Notes: generated from the sequence alone by a model not told the origin. Counted from the stretch's first letter, positions 8,420 to 18,050 are shown. The stretch is 48,384 nucleotides of DNA from Verrucomicrobiota bacterium (GCA_039798785.1 JBDKFG010000033.1:1-48384); one strand, 5' to 3'. Numbers and translations: made by a program.

Positions 8420-10357
8420 TCATTTGCTGAGGGGACGGCGGAGGGTGAGGAAGCCTTCCACCACCATCAGGGCGAGGAGGAGGCCGAAGACCAGTCGCCA
8501 GAGCTCGAAGTCGCCGCTGCCGCCGTGGCTGCCGCCCGCTTCGAGCAGATTGACATCGAGGCCGCGGAAGAGCTCGCCGGCTTCCTTGGCGGGGAGCAGG
8601 GCCGCTTCGTCCTCGCCGTCGGGACGGGAGGCGACGAGGAAGCCGGCGTCATGCTTCCACACGCCGGCGCTGCTGGTGGCTGGCACCGAGTCGCGGTTGG
8701 CGGAGAGCTTCTGCAGGGAGAGACCGCCGGTGTCGCCGCCGCAGTTCATCCAAGTGACGCCGGAGTTGCGGCGCGAACCTTCCAGCTGCAAGCGGCGGAG
8801 CAGCGGGATCAGGATGGTCCCCTGGCGTAGTTCCGACGAGCTCGGCGAGATGCCGGCGGCGAGGGTGCAGACCAGCCCTTTGCCGAGGCTGCGGCGGAGG
8901 AGGAAGGGCTGGCCGTCGGCGAAGCGGGCGAGCGGCACGCCTTCGCCGGAGGGGATCTGGCGTTGGCGGACGACGAGGCGGTCGAGGGCCAGGCTTTTGC
9001 CGGAGGCGGATTTCGCCAGCAGGCCGCGGCTTTCTTCCCAGGAATGGATGGCTAGATCCTGGCCGCCCTCGGGCGCCTTCCAGTCGAAGAGGCCAGGCCA
9101 GGAGGAGGAGGCGCCGGTGGGCAGGACGATGAGGCTGCCGCCGGCTTCGACGAAGCTGCGGATGCGGGCGGCGACGGCTTTGCCCGGCACCGGGGCGTTC
9201 CAGATCAGCAGCGAGCTGCGGCTGAGAATCGAGGCGGCGGGATCGGCGGGGTTCACCTCGACCGCTTTGACTCCGAGCAGATCCGGCGCCGGGGCGGCGA
9301 GAAGGCCGAGAAGCTTGCCGGCGCGCGGCTCGGCGCTGGCCACCGCGACGCTGTCGGCCTGGGCCGGACCATAGGCGAAATACACCGTGTTGTCGGCGGG
9401 GTTGCCATCCACCGGCAGGCTCAGCGAGCCCCAGCCGCCGGGGCTGTCCTTGGGGAGGCGGAGGCTCTGGCGGATCCGGCCTTCCTGGCCCTTCAGGTCG
9501 ACGGCGAGGCTGCGCTGCTGGCCGTCGAGGATCAGGATCAGGTTGACCGGGGTGCCGGCCTTGTCGGCGCGGCGAATGAAGAGCTCGAGTTCGATTTCGC
9601 GCTGGCCGCGATTGCGGATTTCGGCGGCGCCGAGGAGGCTGATCCGGCCGTTGCCGGGAACTTGTGCGGTGAGCGCAAGCAGGCGCACGGCGGGAGCTCC
9701 GGGCAAGGCCTTGAGTCCGGCGCTGAGGCGGCTCCATTCTTCAGAACGGGGGGCCCAGCTGCTCGCCTGCAGGTCGGAGGCGATCCACAATTCGCTGCGG
9801 CCGGAGCCACCCTCGGCGAGGAGGCCGCGGGCCTTTTCGACCAGGCGGGGCATGTCGCAGGAGCTGTCGGTGTCGCCGTAGAGGACGGCGCTGCGCAGCT
9901 CTTCCGGCTTGCTCAGGGTCCGGCTCTGCTGGGTGGCGCTGTCGATCAGGACGATGCGGCGGGGCGAGAGCTGGGCCGCGGCGCTGGCGAGCGAATCCGC
10001 CGCCTCTTCGCGCTTCGTGTTTTTCCAGCCGTCGCCGCGACCGTTCATCGAGGCGGAGCGGTCGAGGATGATGACGAGGGTGTCGGGTGAACCGCTTCCG
10101 GCCCAGCCGAGCCAGCCGCCGGCGAGGGGGCGGCCGAGGGCGAGGGCGAGAGCGAGGATGAGCAGGGCGCGCAGGGCCAGAATCAAGATCTCGCGCAGCT
10201 TCGCCATCGAGGTCGAGCTGCTGCGGGCGCGGGTGATGAAGTCCATCGCGGCCCAGTCGACCTGGGTGTAGCGCATCCGGTTGACGAGGTGGATGAGGAT
10301 CGGCAGCCCGATGAAGGGCAGGATCATCCACAGCAGATTGGGGGTGAGAAAGGTCAT
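8420..10357 (-). CDS. BatA-domain / vWA membrane protein
   Basis: N-terminal LPILIHL...WAAMDF...LLILALALALGRP (BatA); MIDAS DRSAS; C-terminal TM helix. Confidence 0.85.
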   Translation of the reverse strand: MTFLTPNLLWMILPFIGLPILIHLVNRMRYTQVDWAAMDFITRARSSSTSMAKLREILILALRALLILALALALGRPLAGGWLGWAGSGSPDTLVIILDRSASMNGRGDGWKNTKREEAADSLASAAAQLSPRRIVLIDSATQQSRTLSKPEELRSAVLYGDTDSSCDMPRLVEKARGLLAEGGSGRSELWIASDLQASSWAPRSEEWSRLSAGLKALPGAPAVRLLALTAQVPGNGRISLLGAAEIRNRGQREIELELFIRRADKAGTPVNLILILDGQQRSLAVDLKGQEGRIRQSLRLPKDSPGGWGSLSLPVDGNPADNTVYFAYGPAQADSVAVASAEPRAGKLLGLLAAPAPDLLGVKAVEVNPADPAASILSRSSLLIWNAPVPGKAVAARIRSFVEAGGSLIVLPTGASSSWPGLFDWKAPEGGQDLAIHSWEESRGLLAKSASGKSLALDRLVVRQRQIPSGEGVPLARFADGQPFLLRRSLGKGLVCTLAAGISPSSSELRQGTILIPLLRRLQLEGSRRNSGVTWMNCGGDTGGLSLQKLSANRDSVPATSSAGVWKHDAGFLVASRPDGEDEAALLPAKEAGELFRGLDVNLLEAGGSHGGSGDFELWRLVFGLLLALMVVEGFLTLRRPLSK

Positions 10358-10361
10358 GGTT

Positions 10362-11258
10362 TCAGCCTCTTCGGTTCATGCGGTCGAGGAGGAAGTTGGA
10401 GATCAGGCTTTCGAGATCCTGGTCGGTGACGGCAAGGCGGTAGTCGGCTTTGTTGCGCAGCGAGGTGGCGCGGATGTCCTGCAGGTACTGGCCGAACTCG
10501 CGCAGGTAGTCCTGGCGGATCGCCTCGGGATCGGCGTCGACCGAATCGCCGCCCTCGATCCCGACGAAGCGCGTCGGCTTGTCGAAGGGGAAATCGATCT
10601 CGGCCCGGTCAACGATGTGGAAGACCGCCAGATCGTGCTTGCGGAAAGAGAAATGCGAGAAGGTCTTGCCGAGCTCCTCGACATTGTGGAAGAGATCCGA
10701 GATGATGATGATCAAGGCGCGATTGCGAACCCGTCCGGCGAGATCGTCGAGCTGCTTGACCAGATCGGTCTTGCCCTGCGGCTCGATCTTGCCGAGCACT
10801 TCCAGCAAGGCGTTGAGGTGGCGCGGCGAGGTGCGGGCGGGGATGTCATGCAGCAGCTTGTCGTTGAAGGCGGCGAGGCCGACGCCGTCGCCCTGGTTGA
10901 GCAGCACGTGGGCGAGGGCGGCGGCGAGGCGGCGGGCGAAGTCGATCTTGCGGCCGTTTTGACCCTGGAAGCGCATCGAGGCGCTGCAGTCGAGGACGAG
11001 GTGGCAGCGGAGGTTGGTATCGGCCTCGAATTCCTTGACGTAGAAACGTTCGCTGCGGCCGTAGACGCGCCAGTCGATGTGGCGGATCTCATCTCCCGGC
11101 ACGTACTTGCGGTACTGCGAGAAGTCCACCGAGCTGCCGCGGTGGGGGCTTTTGTGCCGTCCGGTGAAGCTGCCGACCATCAGGGAACGAGCCTCGAGGG
11201 TGAGGCGTCCCAGACGGGCGTTGAGCTTGGGATCGACGAAGTCTCGGTGGGCTTGCAT
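10362..11258 (-). CDS. DUF58 family protein
   Basis: GRHKSPHRGSSVDFSQYRKYVPGDEIRHIDWRVYGR; DCSASM; directly downstream of MoxR. Confidence 0.92.
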   Translation of the reverse strand: MQAHRDFVDPKLNARLGRLTLEARSLMVGSFTGRHKSPHRGSSVDFSQYRKYVPGDEIRHIDWRVYGRSERFYVKEFEADTNLRCHLVLDCSASMRFQGQNGRKIDFARRLAAALAHVLLNQGDGVGLAAFNDKLLHDIPARTSPRHLNALLEVLGKIEPQGKTDLVKQLDDLAGRVRNRALIIIISDLFHNVEELGKTFSHFSFRKHDLAVFHIVDRAEIDFPFDKPTRFVGIEGGDSVDADPEAIRQDYLREFGQYLQDIRATSLRNKADYRLAVTDQDLESLISNFLLDRMNRRG

Positions 11259-11266
11259 GTGTGGCC

Positions 11267-12289
11267 TCAGCTTTTGCTGGAGGATTCCTTGAGGAGGCGC
11301 CGGACCAGTTCGCGGGCGCTGAGGCCTTCGCTCTCGGCCTGGAAGGTGAGCTGGATGCGGTGCACCAGGACCGACTCGGTGACGGCATCGATGTCATCCA
11401 TACGAACCATGAAGCTGCCGTGCAGGGCGGCGCGGGCCTTGGCGGCGAGGACGATGTTCTGGATGGCGCGAGGACCGGCACCCCAGGAGATCATCGACTT
11501 CACCCATTCCTTGGCGCCGGCCTCGTTGGGGCGGGTGGCGCGGACCAGATCGACAACATAGTCGTAGATGTGATCGGGGACGGGGAGGCGGCGGACCAGC
11601 TCCTGATAGCGCAGGATGTCGTCGCCGCTGAGCACGGCTTCGAGCTTGGGTTTTTCCGAGCCGGTGGTGCGGCGGGCGACGGCGAGCTCGTCGGCGCGGC
11701 TGGGGTAGCCGACTTCGATGAAGAACATGAAGCGGTCGAGCTGGGCCTCGGGGAGCGGGTAGGTGCCTTCCTGCTCGATCGGGTTCTGAGTGGCGAGAAC
11801 GAAGAAGGGCGGCGGCAGGGTGTAAGTGCGGCCGACCACCGTGACCTTGTGCTCCTGCATCGCTTCGAGCAGGGCCGCCTGGGTCTTGGCCGAGGTGCGG
11901 TTGATTTCGTCGGCGAGGACGATGTTGGCGAAGATCGGGCCCTTGATGAAGTGGAATTCGCGGCGGCCGGGATGCTCGAGCGACTCCTGCAGGATGTCGG
12001 TGCCGGTGATGTCCGAGGGCATCAGGTCCGGGGTGAACTGGATGCGGCTGAAGTCGAGGTGCATGGTCTTCGACAGCGACTGGACCATCAGGGTCTTGGC
12101 GAGGCCGGGGACGCCCATCAGCAGGGCGTGGCCGCGGGCGAAGATGGCGATCATCAATTTCTCGATGACATCCTGCTGGCCGTGGATCACCTTGGCCATC
12201 TCGCCGAGCACGGCATGATGGGCTTGGCCCAGGGCTTTGATCATCGCGACATCATCTTGTTCGGACGGCTGGCTCATGCGGCTCTCCAT
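11267..12289 (-). CDS. moxR: MoxR family AAA+ ATPase
   Basis: Walker A GVPGLAKT, RIQFTPDLMPSD, Walker B LADEINR, ATQNPIEQEGTYPLPEAQLDRF; the start may instead be 12277. Confidence 0.95.
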   Translation of the reverse strand: MESRMSQPSEQDDVAMIKALGQAHHAVLGEMAKVIHGQQDVIEKLMIAIFARGHALLMGVPGLAKTLMVQSLSKTMHLDFSRIQFTPDLMPSDITGTDILQESLEHPGRREFHFIKGPIFANIVLADEINRTSAKTQAALLEAMQEHKVTVVGRTYTLPPPFFVLATQNPIEQEGTYPLPEAQLDRFMFFIEVGYPSRADELAVARRTTGSEKPKLEAVLSGDDILRYQELVRRLPVPDHIYDYVVDLVRATRPNEAGAKEWVKSMISWGAGPRAIQNIVLAAKARAALHGSFMVRMDDIDAVTESVLVHRIQLTFQAESEGLSARELVRRLLKESSSKS

Positions 12290-12330
12290 GGGGCTAGGTT
12301 TGGCTTCTTGACGCTCTGGGATGAGGATAC

Positions 12331-12344
12331 ATTAACCGGTTAAT
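12331..12344. promoter_or_regulatory. Perfect 14-bp palindrome ATTAACCGGTTAAT, putative operator in the moxR promoter
   Basis: Lies between a minus-strand TTGCTT (-35-like) and TATCCT (-10-like) upstream of moxR. Confidence 0.5.
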
Positions 12345-12508
12345 TAAGCAAGGGGGCGATGAAAAAAAAAACGAAATCGGGACACTTGTGAGCAAAGCCA
12401 AGCAGCGAAATTCAGGCATCAAGCTTGCGTAGGAGTAAAAAAGAAATTTGCAATTACGGGGCCTGCCAGCTTAGAATTGCAGCAGACACAAAACTTCGGG
12501 ATGATACC

Positions 12509-13477
12509 ATGCGCATACTCGTCGTCGATGACTCCCTGATGAGCCGGATGGTTCTCAGCCGCAACATCTCGGAGGCCTGTCCGGGCTCCTTGATTGAGCA
12601 GGCGAACAGCGGCTTGGAGATGGCCCGCGAAGCCATCGCCGCGGGACGGCCCTATGACGCCATCTTTCTCGACTGCATCATGCCCGGCATGGACGGATTG
12701 AAGACCCTCGAGGAGCTGCGCGCCTTCGACGCCGAGAGGCCGGTGATCATGGTCACCTCCAACACCCAACCCAAGGTCAAGGACCAGGCGGAATCGCTCT
12801 GCTGCACCGCCTTTCTCAGCAAGATCTCCGACCTCCGCGCCATCTCCGAGCTGCTGCGCAAGCTTAACACCGGCCGGGGCGGCGGCCTTACCGAGCTGGA
12901 GATCGACATCCTGAGCGAATCGATGAACATTGCCGTCGGCAAGGCGGCGGAGGCGATGAGCCTCTTGATCGAGCAGAAGGTCGAAGTCGAGACCCGCCCT
13001 CTGCAGGTCGTTTTCCAGCGGGAAATGCACGAAGTTTTGCAACAGGTCTCACCCGACTGGTATTGCTGCGTCTCGCAGGAGTTCACCGGCCCGATCACTG
13101 GCGAAGGCCTCTGCGTCTTCAAGAGCAATCCGGCCGCCTGGCTCCGGGCCCTGCTCGGCGACTACGCCCCGAAGGAGAGCGACAAGAAGATCGCCATCTT
13201 CACCGAGATGGGTTCAATCCTCAACACCACCCTCATCGGCGCGGTGATGAACCTCCTCGGCGTCGGCGTCAGCTTCAAAGGCTCTAACTTCTCCTTCCAC
13301 GACGCCTGTCCGGTGGCGCAACCCGCGAAACACAGCGAAAACACCCAGTTCCTGATCGCCACGACCCTGCACGCCAACGGGCGACGCCTCGAGCTGATGC
13401 TGATCCTTAAAGGAGTCGGCATCCGCCCCTTCACCGAGATGTATGAAAGGGCTAGCCGCGACGGACGCTATCTCTGA
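12509..13477 (+). CDS. Response regulator receiver domain fused to a CheC-like phosphatase domain
   Basis: REC: ILVVDD, FLDCIMPGMDG, MVTS, FLSK; CheC motif DILSESMNIAVGKAAEAMS. Confidence 0.8.
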   Translation: MRILVVDDSLMSRMVLSRNISEACPGSLIEQANSGLEMAREAIAAGRPYDAIFLDCIMPGMDGLKTLEELRAFDAERPVIMVTSNTQPKVKDQAESLCCTAFLSKISDLRAISELLRKLNTGRGGGLTELEIDILSESMNIAVGKAAEAMSLLIEQKVEVETRPLQVVFQREMHEVLQQVSPDWYCCVSQEFTGPITGEGLCVFKSNPAAWLRALLGDYAPKESDKKIAIFTEMGSILNTTLIGAVMNLLGVGVSFKGSNFSFHDACPVAQPAKHSENTQFLIATTLHANGRRLELMLILKGVGIRPFTEMYERASRDGRYL

Positions 13478-14120
13478 TCCGCCGCCAGTCCAGCAGATCG
13501 AGATGTCGTGAGAAGACGAAGTCAGCAACGGGATCCTCAGGCTCGAGACGTCCGAGGCCTCCGCTGAAATGCAGATAGGAGACGCCGGCGCCCCTGGCGC
13601 AGCGCGAATCAGTGTGGTGATCACCGACTAGGACGGTCTCCTGCGCCGAGACCCGCTGGATAGCCATGAGACGTCGAAGTCCGGCGGGATCGGGCTTGCG
13701 GCAACCGGCTCCTTCCGGGCCCCAGGCGACGGCGAAGAAGTCCTGCATGCCCAGGGCCCGCAGCAGCGCATCGCTCATCTCCTGCGGCTTATTAGTGAGC
13801 AATGCCAGTCTCAGGCCGGAGTCGCGCCAGCCCCTCAGAAGCTCAGTCACTCCGGGATAAGGCCGTGTATGGACGCAGATCGCCTCGCGATAGGCCGAAA
13901 GCAGTCGCGAAAGGCCTTCTTCCACGGGGATCTCGGGCGCGTCTGCCAAGGTGCGGCGGGCGAGCTCGTAGGCACCGTCGCCGATGGCAGCCTGCACCGC
14001 TTCGCCGCCCAGGGGCGGCAGCTGGAAATGACGTCGCATGGCGGCGACGGCGGCAGCGAGATCGTCCCGGCTGTCGACGAGAGTGCCGTCCAGATCGAAA
14101 ACGGCGAGTCGTAGCTTCAT
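13452..14120 (-). CDS. HAD-family hydrolase (phosphoglycolate phosphatase-like)
   Basis: Motifs FDLDGTLVDS, LTNK, KPDP, VGD; RBS AGGA before ATG 14120; 26-nt convergent overlap with the CheC fusion gene. Confidence 0.88.
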   Translation of the reverse strand: MKLRLAVFDLDGTLVDSRDDLAAAVAAMRRHFQLPPLGGEAVQAAIGDGAYELARRTLADAPEIPVEEGLSRLLSAYREAICVHTRPYPGVTELLRGWRDSGLRLALLTNKPQEMSDALLRALGMQDFFAVAWGPEGAGCRKPDPAGLRRLMAIQRVSAQETVLVGDHHTDSRCARGAGVSYLHFSGGLGRLEPEDPVADFVFSRHLDLLDWRRIRDSVRRG

Positions 14121-14279
14121 GGTGTATTCCTGGCTGAATGTGAAGGTATCCATTTTAGCCCGGATTCCGCGAAAGCCGCAGGGGCTCGGAGCCGGCTGGA
14201 TGATAAGGACTGCGGACTTGACAAAGCCCGGCGCCGGCGCAGGCTTGCGGACGACGCAAAAGAAGCCAAGGAGAACGCG

Positions 14280-14825
14280 ATGGAACCCGAGCCCGAGAAA
14301 GCCGCCGTCCTGGTCCGGCGCGGCGACCGCGACGAGACCCCGTCCCGCCGCCTGCCCCTGGTCATCGTCCTCGACCGGCTGCGCTCGGCGATGAACACCG
14401 GCAACATCCTCCGCCTCGCCGACGCCGTCGCCGCCGAGGAAGTGATCTGCTGCGGCTACACTCCCTTCCCGCCGCATGCGAAGCTGGAAAAGGCCTCGAT
14501 GGGGGCGGAATCGGCCCTTCTCCTGCGCCATGCCGCCAGCGCCGCCGAAGCCGCAGCGGAACTCCGTGGCCGTGGCTACGAGATCGTCGGGGTCGAGACT
14601 GCCGCCGAGGCGGAATCGGTGTGGACGGCGCGTTTCCCCTCCCCCGTCGCCCTGATCTTCGGCAACGAAGCCCTGGGCATCTCCGATGAGGCCCTGGGAC
14701 TCTGCAGCCGCTTCGTCGCCCTCCCCGCTTTCGGCAGGAAGAATTCGATCAACGTCGCCACCGCCGCCGCGGTGGTCTGCTACGAGGCCGCCCGCCAGCT
14801 GCAGGCGCCGGAAGCTCGCCGATGA
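14280..14825 (+). CDS. TrmH/SpoU-family RNA methyltransferase
   Basis: LDRLRSAMNTGNILR, LIFGNEALGI, SINVATA. Confidence 0.9.
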   Translation: MEPEPEKAAVLVRRGDRDETPSRRLPLVIVLDRLRSAMNTGNILRLADAVAAEEVICCGYTPFPPHAKLEKASMGAESALLLRHAASAAEAAAELRGRGYEIVGVETAAEAESVWTARFPSPVALIFGNEALGISDEALGLCSRFVALPAFGRKNSINVATAAAVVCYEAARQLQAPEARR

Positions 14826-15865
14826 GTCCCGGCATCCACCTCCGTCCCGCCTGGCACAAGTGGGTGCTGATCTTCGCCGCGGCGCTGATCCCGGCCCTGC
14901 TGGCGGGGGCGGCCTTGCGCGATTCGCCGCTGGCGAATTCTCCCGGGCTGGTCGCCGGGCTCTGCCTCGCCTGCGGCTGCGGCTGGCTGCTGCTGCTGCT
15001 CCGCCTCGGCGGCTTCGGCGAATGGGAGCTGAAAGGCCGAGCCGCGCTTCCGATCCTGGCGCTGCTGCTCGGCGCCTTCAGCGTCTACCTCACCGACCTG
15101 GCCATCGGCTTCACCGAACGCCACCTGCCGATGCAGTCGCAAATCGACCCCCACTCCAGCCAGCCCCTGCGCAACCACGCCGAAGTCCTCGCCTTCTTCA
15201 CCATCGGCGTCGGCCTGCGCGAAGAAGGTTTGAAGCTTCTCTGCTTCCTCCCTCTCGCCTTCGGACTGCGCCGGCACCGCGACCGCCGCGTCATCCTGAC
15301 CCTCGCTTCCCTCGTCGGCCTCGGCTTCGCCACGGTCGAGAACTACCAGTACGTCCAGGCCGGCCCGGTCCTTTCCGGACGCTTCCTCACCGCCTGCGTC
15401 CTCCACATGGCCCTGACCGGACTCAGCGGCCTCGCCCTGCACGAATCCTTCCGCCGCGGCGGCGACGAGGCGCCACGGGTCTTCTTCGGCGCCGTCGCCG
15501 CCCATGGACTCTACGACTTCCTCATCGTCTATCCCGGCGGCAAGACCCAGGATGGCCTGGGCTTCTTCGCCATGATCGTCTTCTGCCTGGCGGCGATGCG
15601 CTGGCTGCGCAGCTTCCCGCAGTGCATCGGCAACTACCGCCTGCACCTCGCCGGCGACACGTCGCGCCGCATCCTCCCCTGGGACCGGATCAGCGCCACC
15701 TCGCTCTTCATGGCAGCCCTGGCCTGCTCCCTCGCCTGCGACCTGATCCTGCGCATCCCTTCCCAGGGATTCATCCTCTCCGTCCTGGAGCTCTACATGC
15801 AGATCGTCGCCTGGGTGGTGCTGATCATCTTCTACCTCCGCGAAATCGGCGGCCATTCAGCCTGA
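14822..15865 (+). CDS. PrsW-family intramembrane metalloprotease
   Basis: GLREEGLK, GLGFATVENY, LHMALTG, AHGLYDF; multiple TM helices; ATGA overlap with the TrmH gene. Confidence 0.85.
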   Translation: MSPGIHLRPAWHKWVLIFAAALIPALLAGAALRDSPLANSPGLVAGLCLACGCGWLLLLLRLGGFGEWELKGRAALPILALLLGAFSVYLTDLAIGFTERHLPMQSQIDPHSSQPLRNHAEVLAFFTIGVGLREEGLKLLCFLPLAFGLRRHRDRRVILTLASLVGLGFATVENYQYVQAGPVLSGRFLTACVLHMALTGLSGLALHESFRRGGDEAPRVFFGAVAAHGLYDFLIVYPGGKTQDGLGFFAMIVFCLAAMRWLRSFPQCIGNYRLHLAGDTSRRILPWDRISATSLFMAALACSLACDLILRIPSQGFILSVLELYMQIVAWVVLIIFYLREIGGHSA

Positions 15866-15942
15866 CGCGCGCCGCTTTTCCGTCTCAAGACATCTGATTT
15901 CGAGCGATTTCCACAAAATTGCAAGTTTTTCTTCGAAAGGCC

Positions 15943-15970
15943 TTGCTATTCTCCGCTTCCACCCTAATCT
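15943..15970 (+). promoter_or_regulatory. Putative sigma70-type promoter of the DEAD-box helicase
   Basis: TTGCTA-N16-TAATCT preceded by an AT-rich tract. Confidence 0.4.
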
Positions 15971-16055
15971 CCCGCCCCTCCCGTCCGATCCGGTCTTAGC
16001 AAGTGGATCCAATGCGGGAATAACAAAAAAGCTCCCGCAAAGGAATTCCTCGACC

Positions 16056-17894
16056 ATGTCTACCCCCGTGAAATTTTCCGATCTCGGCCTCTCCGAGACC
16101 ACTCTCGCCGCCCTCAACGCCAAGGGTTTCGAAGAGGCCACCCCGATCCAGGCCCTGTGCATCCCCGCCCTCCTCGCCGGCGGCAAGGACATCCTCGGCC
16201 TGGCCCAGACCGGCACCGGCAAGACCGCCGCCTTCGGCATCCCCCTGATCGAAAAACTCGCCCGCCACGCCACCTACCCCCGCGCCCTGGTCCTCGCTCC
16301 GACCCGCGAACTCGCCGTCCAGGTCGCCGAAGAACTCAACTCCCTCAAGGGCCAGCGCGACCTCAATATCGTCCCGGTCTACGGCGGCCAGTCCTATGAA
16401 CTCCAGATCCGCCAGCTCAAGCGCGGCGTCGACATCGTCGTCGGCACCCCCGGCCGGATCAAGGACCACATCGACCGCGGCACCTTGAAGATCGACCAGG
16501 TCCAGTACGCCATCCTCGACGAAGCCGACGAAATGCTCGACATGGGCTTCTTCGACGAAGTCCAGTCGATCCTCGTCGACACCCCCAAGGAAAAACTCAC
16601 CCTGCTCTTCTCCGCCACCATGGCCCCCCGCGTCGCCCAGATCGCCAAGGAGCAGATGCGCGACCACGTCACCCTCCAGGCCCCCCGCAGCTCGATCACC
16701 GCCTCGAACACCGAGCAGATCTACTACGAAGTCCACCGCGAAAACAAGTTCGAAGCCCTCTGCCGGATCATCGACATCGAAGCCCGCTTCTACGGCATCA
16801 TCTTCTGCCGCACCAAGATCGAAGTCGATGACACCTGCCGCCACCTGCAGGAGCGCGGCTACGAGGCCGAAGCCCTCCACGGCGACATCTCGCAGCCGCA
16901 GCGCGAAAAGATCCTCGACAAGCTCCGCAAGGGCCGCTGCTCGATCCTCTGCGCCACCGACGTCGCCGCCCGCGGCATCGACGTCCGCGACCTCAGCCAC
17001 GTCATCAACTACTCCCTCCCCACCGATGCCGAATCCTACGTTCACCGCATCGGCCGCACCGGCCGCGCCGGCCGCCAGGGCGTCGCCATCACCTTCATCA
17101 CCCCGGCCGAGTTCAGCAAACTCAAGCGCTTCACCAAAGAGATGAAATCCGACATCAAGCGCCAGGTCGTCCCCAAGGCCAGCCAGGTCGTCGACGCCCG
17201 CCTCGCCCGGATCTACGAAGAGCTCAAGCCGATGCTCGAAAAGGCCGCCGACGAGCGCCTCGTAGCCATCGCCCGCAAGCTTCTCGAAGGCAGCGAAGAC
17301 GCCGCCGCGGTGCTCGCCTCGGTCCTGTCGCACCAGTACGCCAGCAAGCTCGTCGCCGCCGTCGGCACCGAGATGGCCGAGCCGGTCCGCCGCAAGTCCG
17401 CCGACGAGCGCGAAGGTCCCGACCAGAAGGGCACCTGCCGCGTCTACCTCTCCCGCGGCGCCCGCGAAGGCGCCGACGAGGCCGGCCTGGTCGCCTTCAT
17501 CCTCGAGCACTGCCAGGTCGAGGCGGCGCAGATCTCCGACATCGAAATCACCGACAGCGCCTCCTTCGTCTCCCTGCCCTTCCACGACGCCGAGGACTTC
17601 CTCGAATCGGTGAAGCGCTCGAAAGGCGACCGCCCCTACGTCAAGAAAGTCGGCGGCAGCGCCCGAAGCGAAGGCGGCTTCAATGATCGCCCCTTCTACA
17701 GCAAGGCTCCCCGCCAGGACTACGGCGATCGCCCCGCCTACAAGGCCGCTCCCCGCGGCGACTACGAGGACCGCCCCAGCTTCCCCGCCCCCAAGGCCTA
17801 CAAACCCAAGAGCTTCACCAAGGACCACGCCGCCGGCACCCCCTTCGATGAAGCCAAGCCGAAAAAAGCCTACTCGCCGAAGAAGAAATACTGA
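16056..17894 (+). CDS. DEAD-box RNA helicase (DeaD/CsdA-like, with a DbpA-type C-terminal domain)
   Basis: Q motif TPIQ, AQTGTGKT, PTRELA, DEAD, SAT, ARGID, HRIGRTGR. Confidence 0.95.
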   Translation: MSTPVKFSDLGLSETTLAALNAKGFEEATPIQALCIPALLAGGKDILGLAQTGTGKTAAFGIPLIEKLARHATYPRALVLAPTRELAVQVAEELNSLKGQRDLNIVPVYGGQSYELQIRQLKRGVDIVVGTPGRIKDHIDRGTLKIDQVQYAILDEADEMLDMGFFDEVQSILVDTPKEKLTLLFSATMAPRVAQIAKEQMRDHVTLQAPRSSITASNTEQIYYEVHRENKFEALCRIIDIEARFYGIIFCRTKIEVDDTCRHLQERGYEAEALHGDISQPQREKILDKLRKGRCSILCATDVAARGIDVRDLSHVINYSLPTDAESYVHRIGRTGRAGRQGVAITFITPAEFSKLKRFTKEMKSDIKRQVVPKASQVVDARLARIYEELKPMLEKAADERLVAIARKLLEGSEDAAAVLASVLSHQYASKLVAAVGTEMAEPVRRKSADEREGPDQKGTCRVYLSRGAREGADEAGLVAFILEHCQVEAAQISDIEITDSASFVSLPFHDAEDFLESVKRSKGDRPYVKKVGGSARSEGGFNDRPFYSKAPRQDYGDRPAYKAAPRGDYEDRPSFPAPKAYKPKSFTKDHAAGTPFDEAKPKKAYSPKKKY

Positions 17895-17914
17895 TCCCTC
17901 GATCCCTCTTCCCC

Positions 17915-17942
17915 AGCCCCGCTTCCTCCGAAGCGGGGCTTT
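17915..17942 (+). terminator. Intrinsic terminator-like hairpin after the helicase
   Basis: AGCCCCGCTTC-CTCC-GAAGCGGGGCT followed by a short T run. Confidence 0.6.
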
Positions 17943-18050
17943 CGCTGCGCCGCTTGCGGCCAGCGCGAAAATCGGCTTGGCCCCTTCCTTCCGCAGTGTC
18001 CCAGTGTAATGCCTCCCTCAAAAGTTCGCGAACAACGCAAAAGCCCTGCG

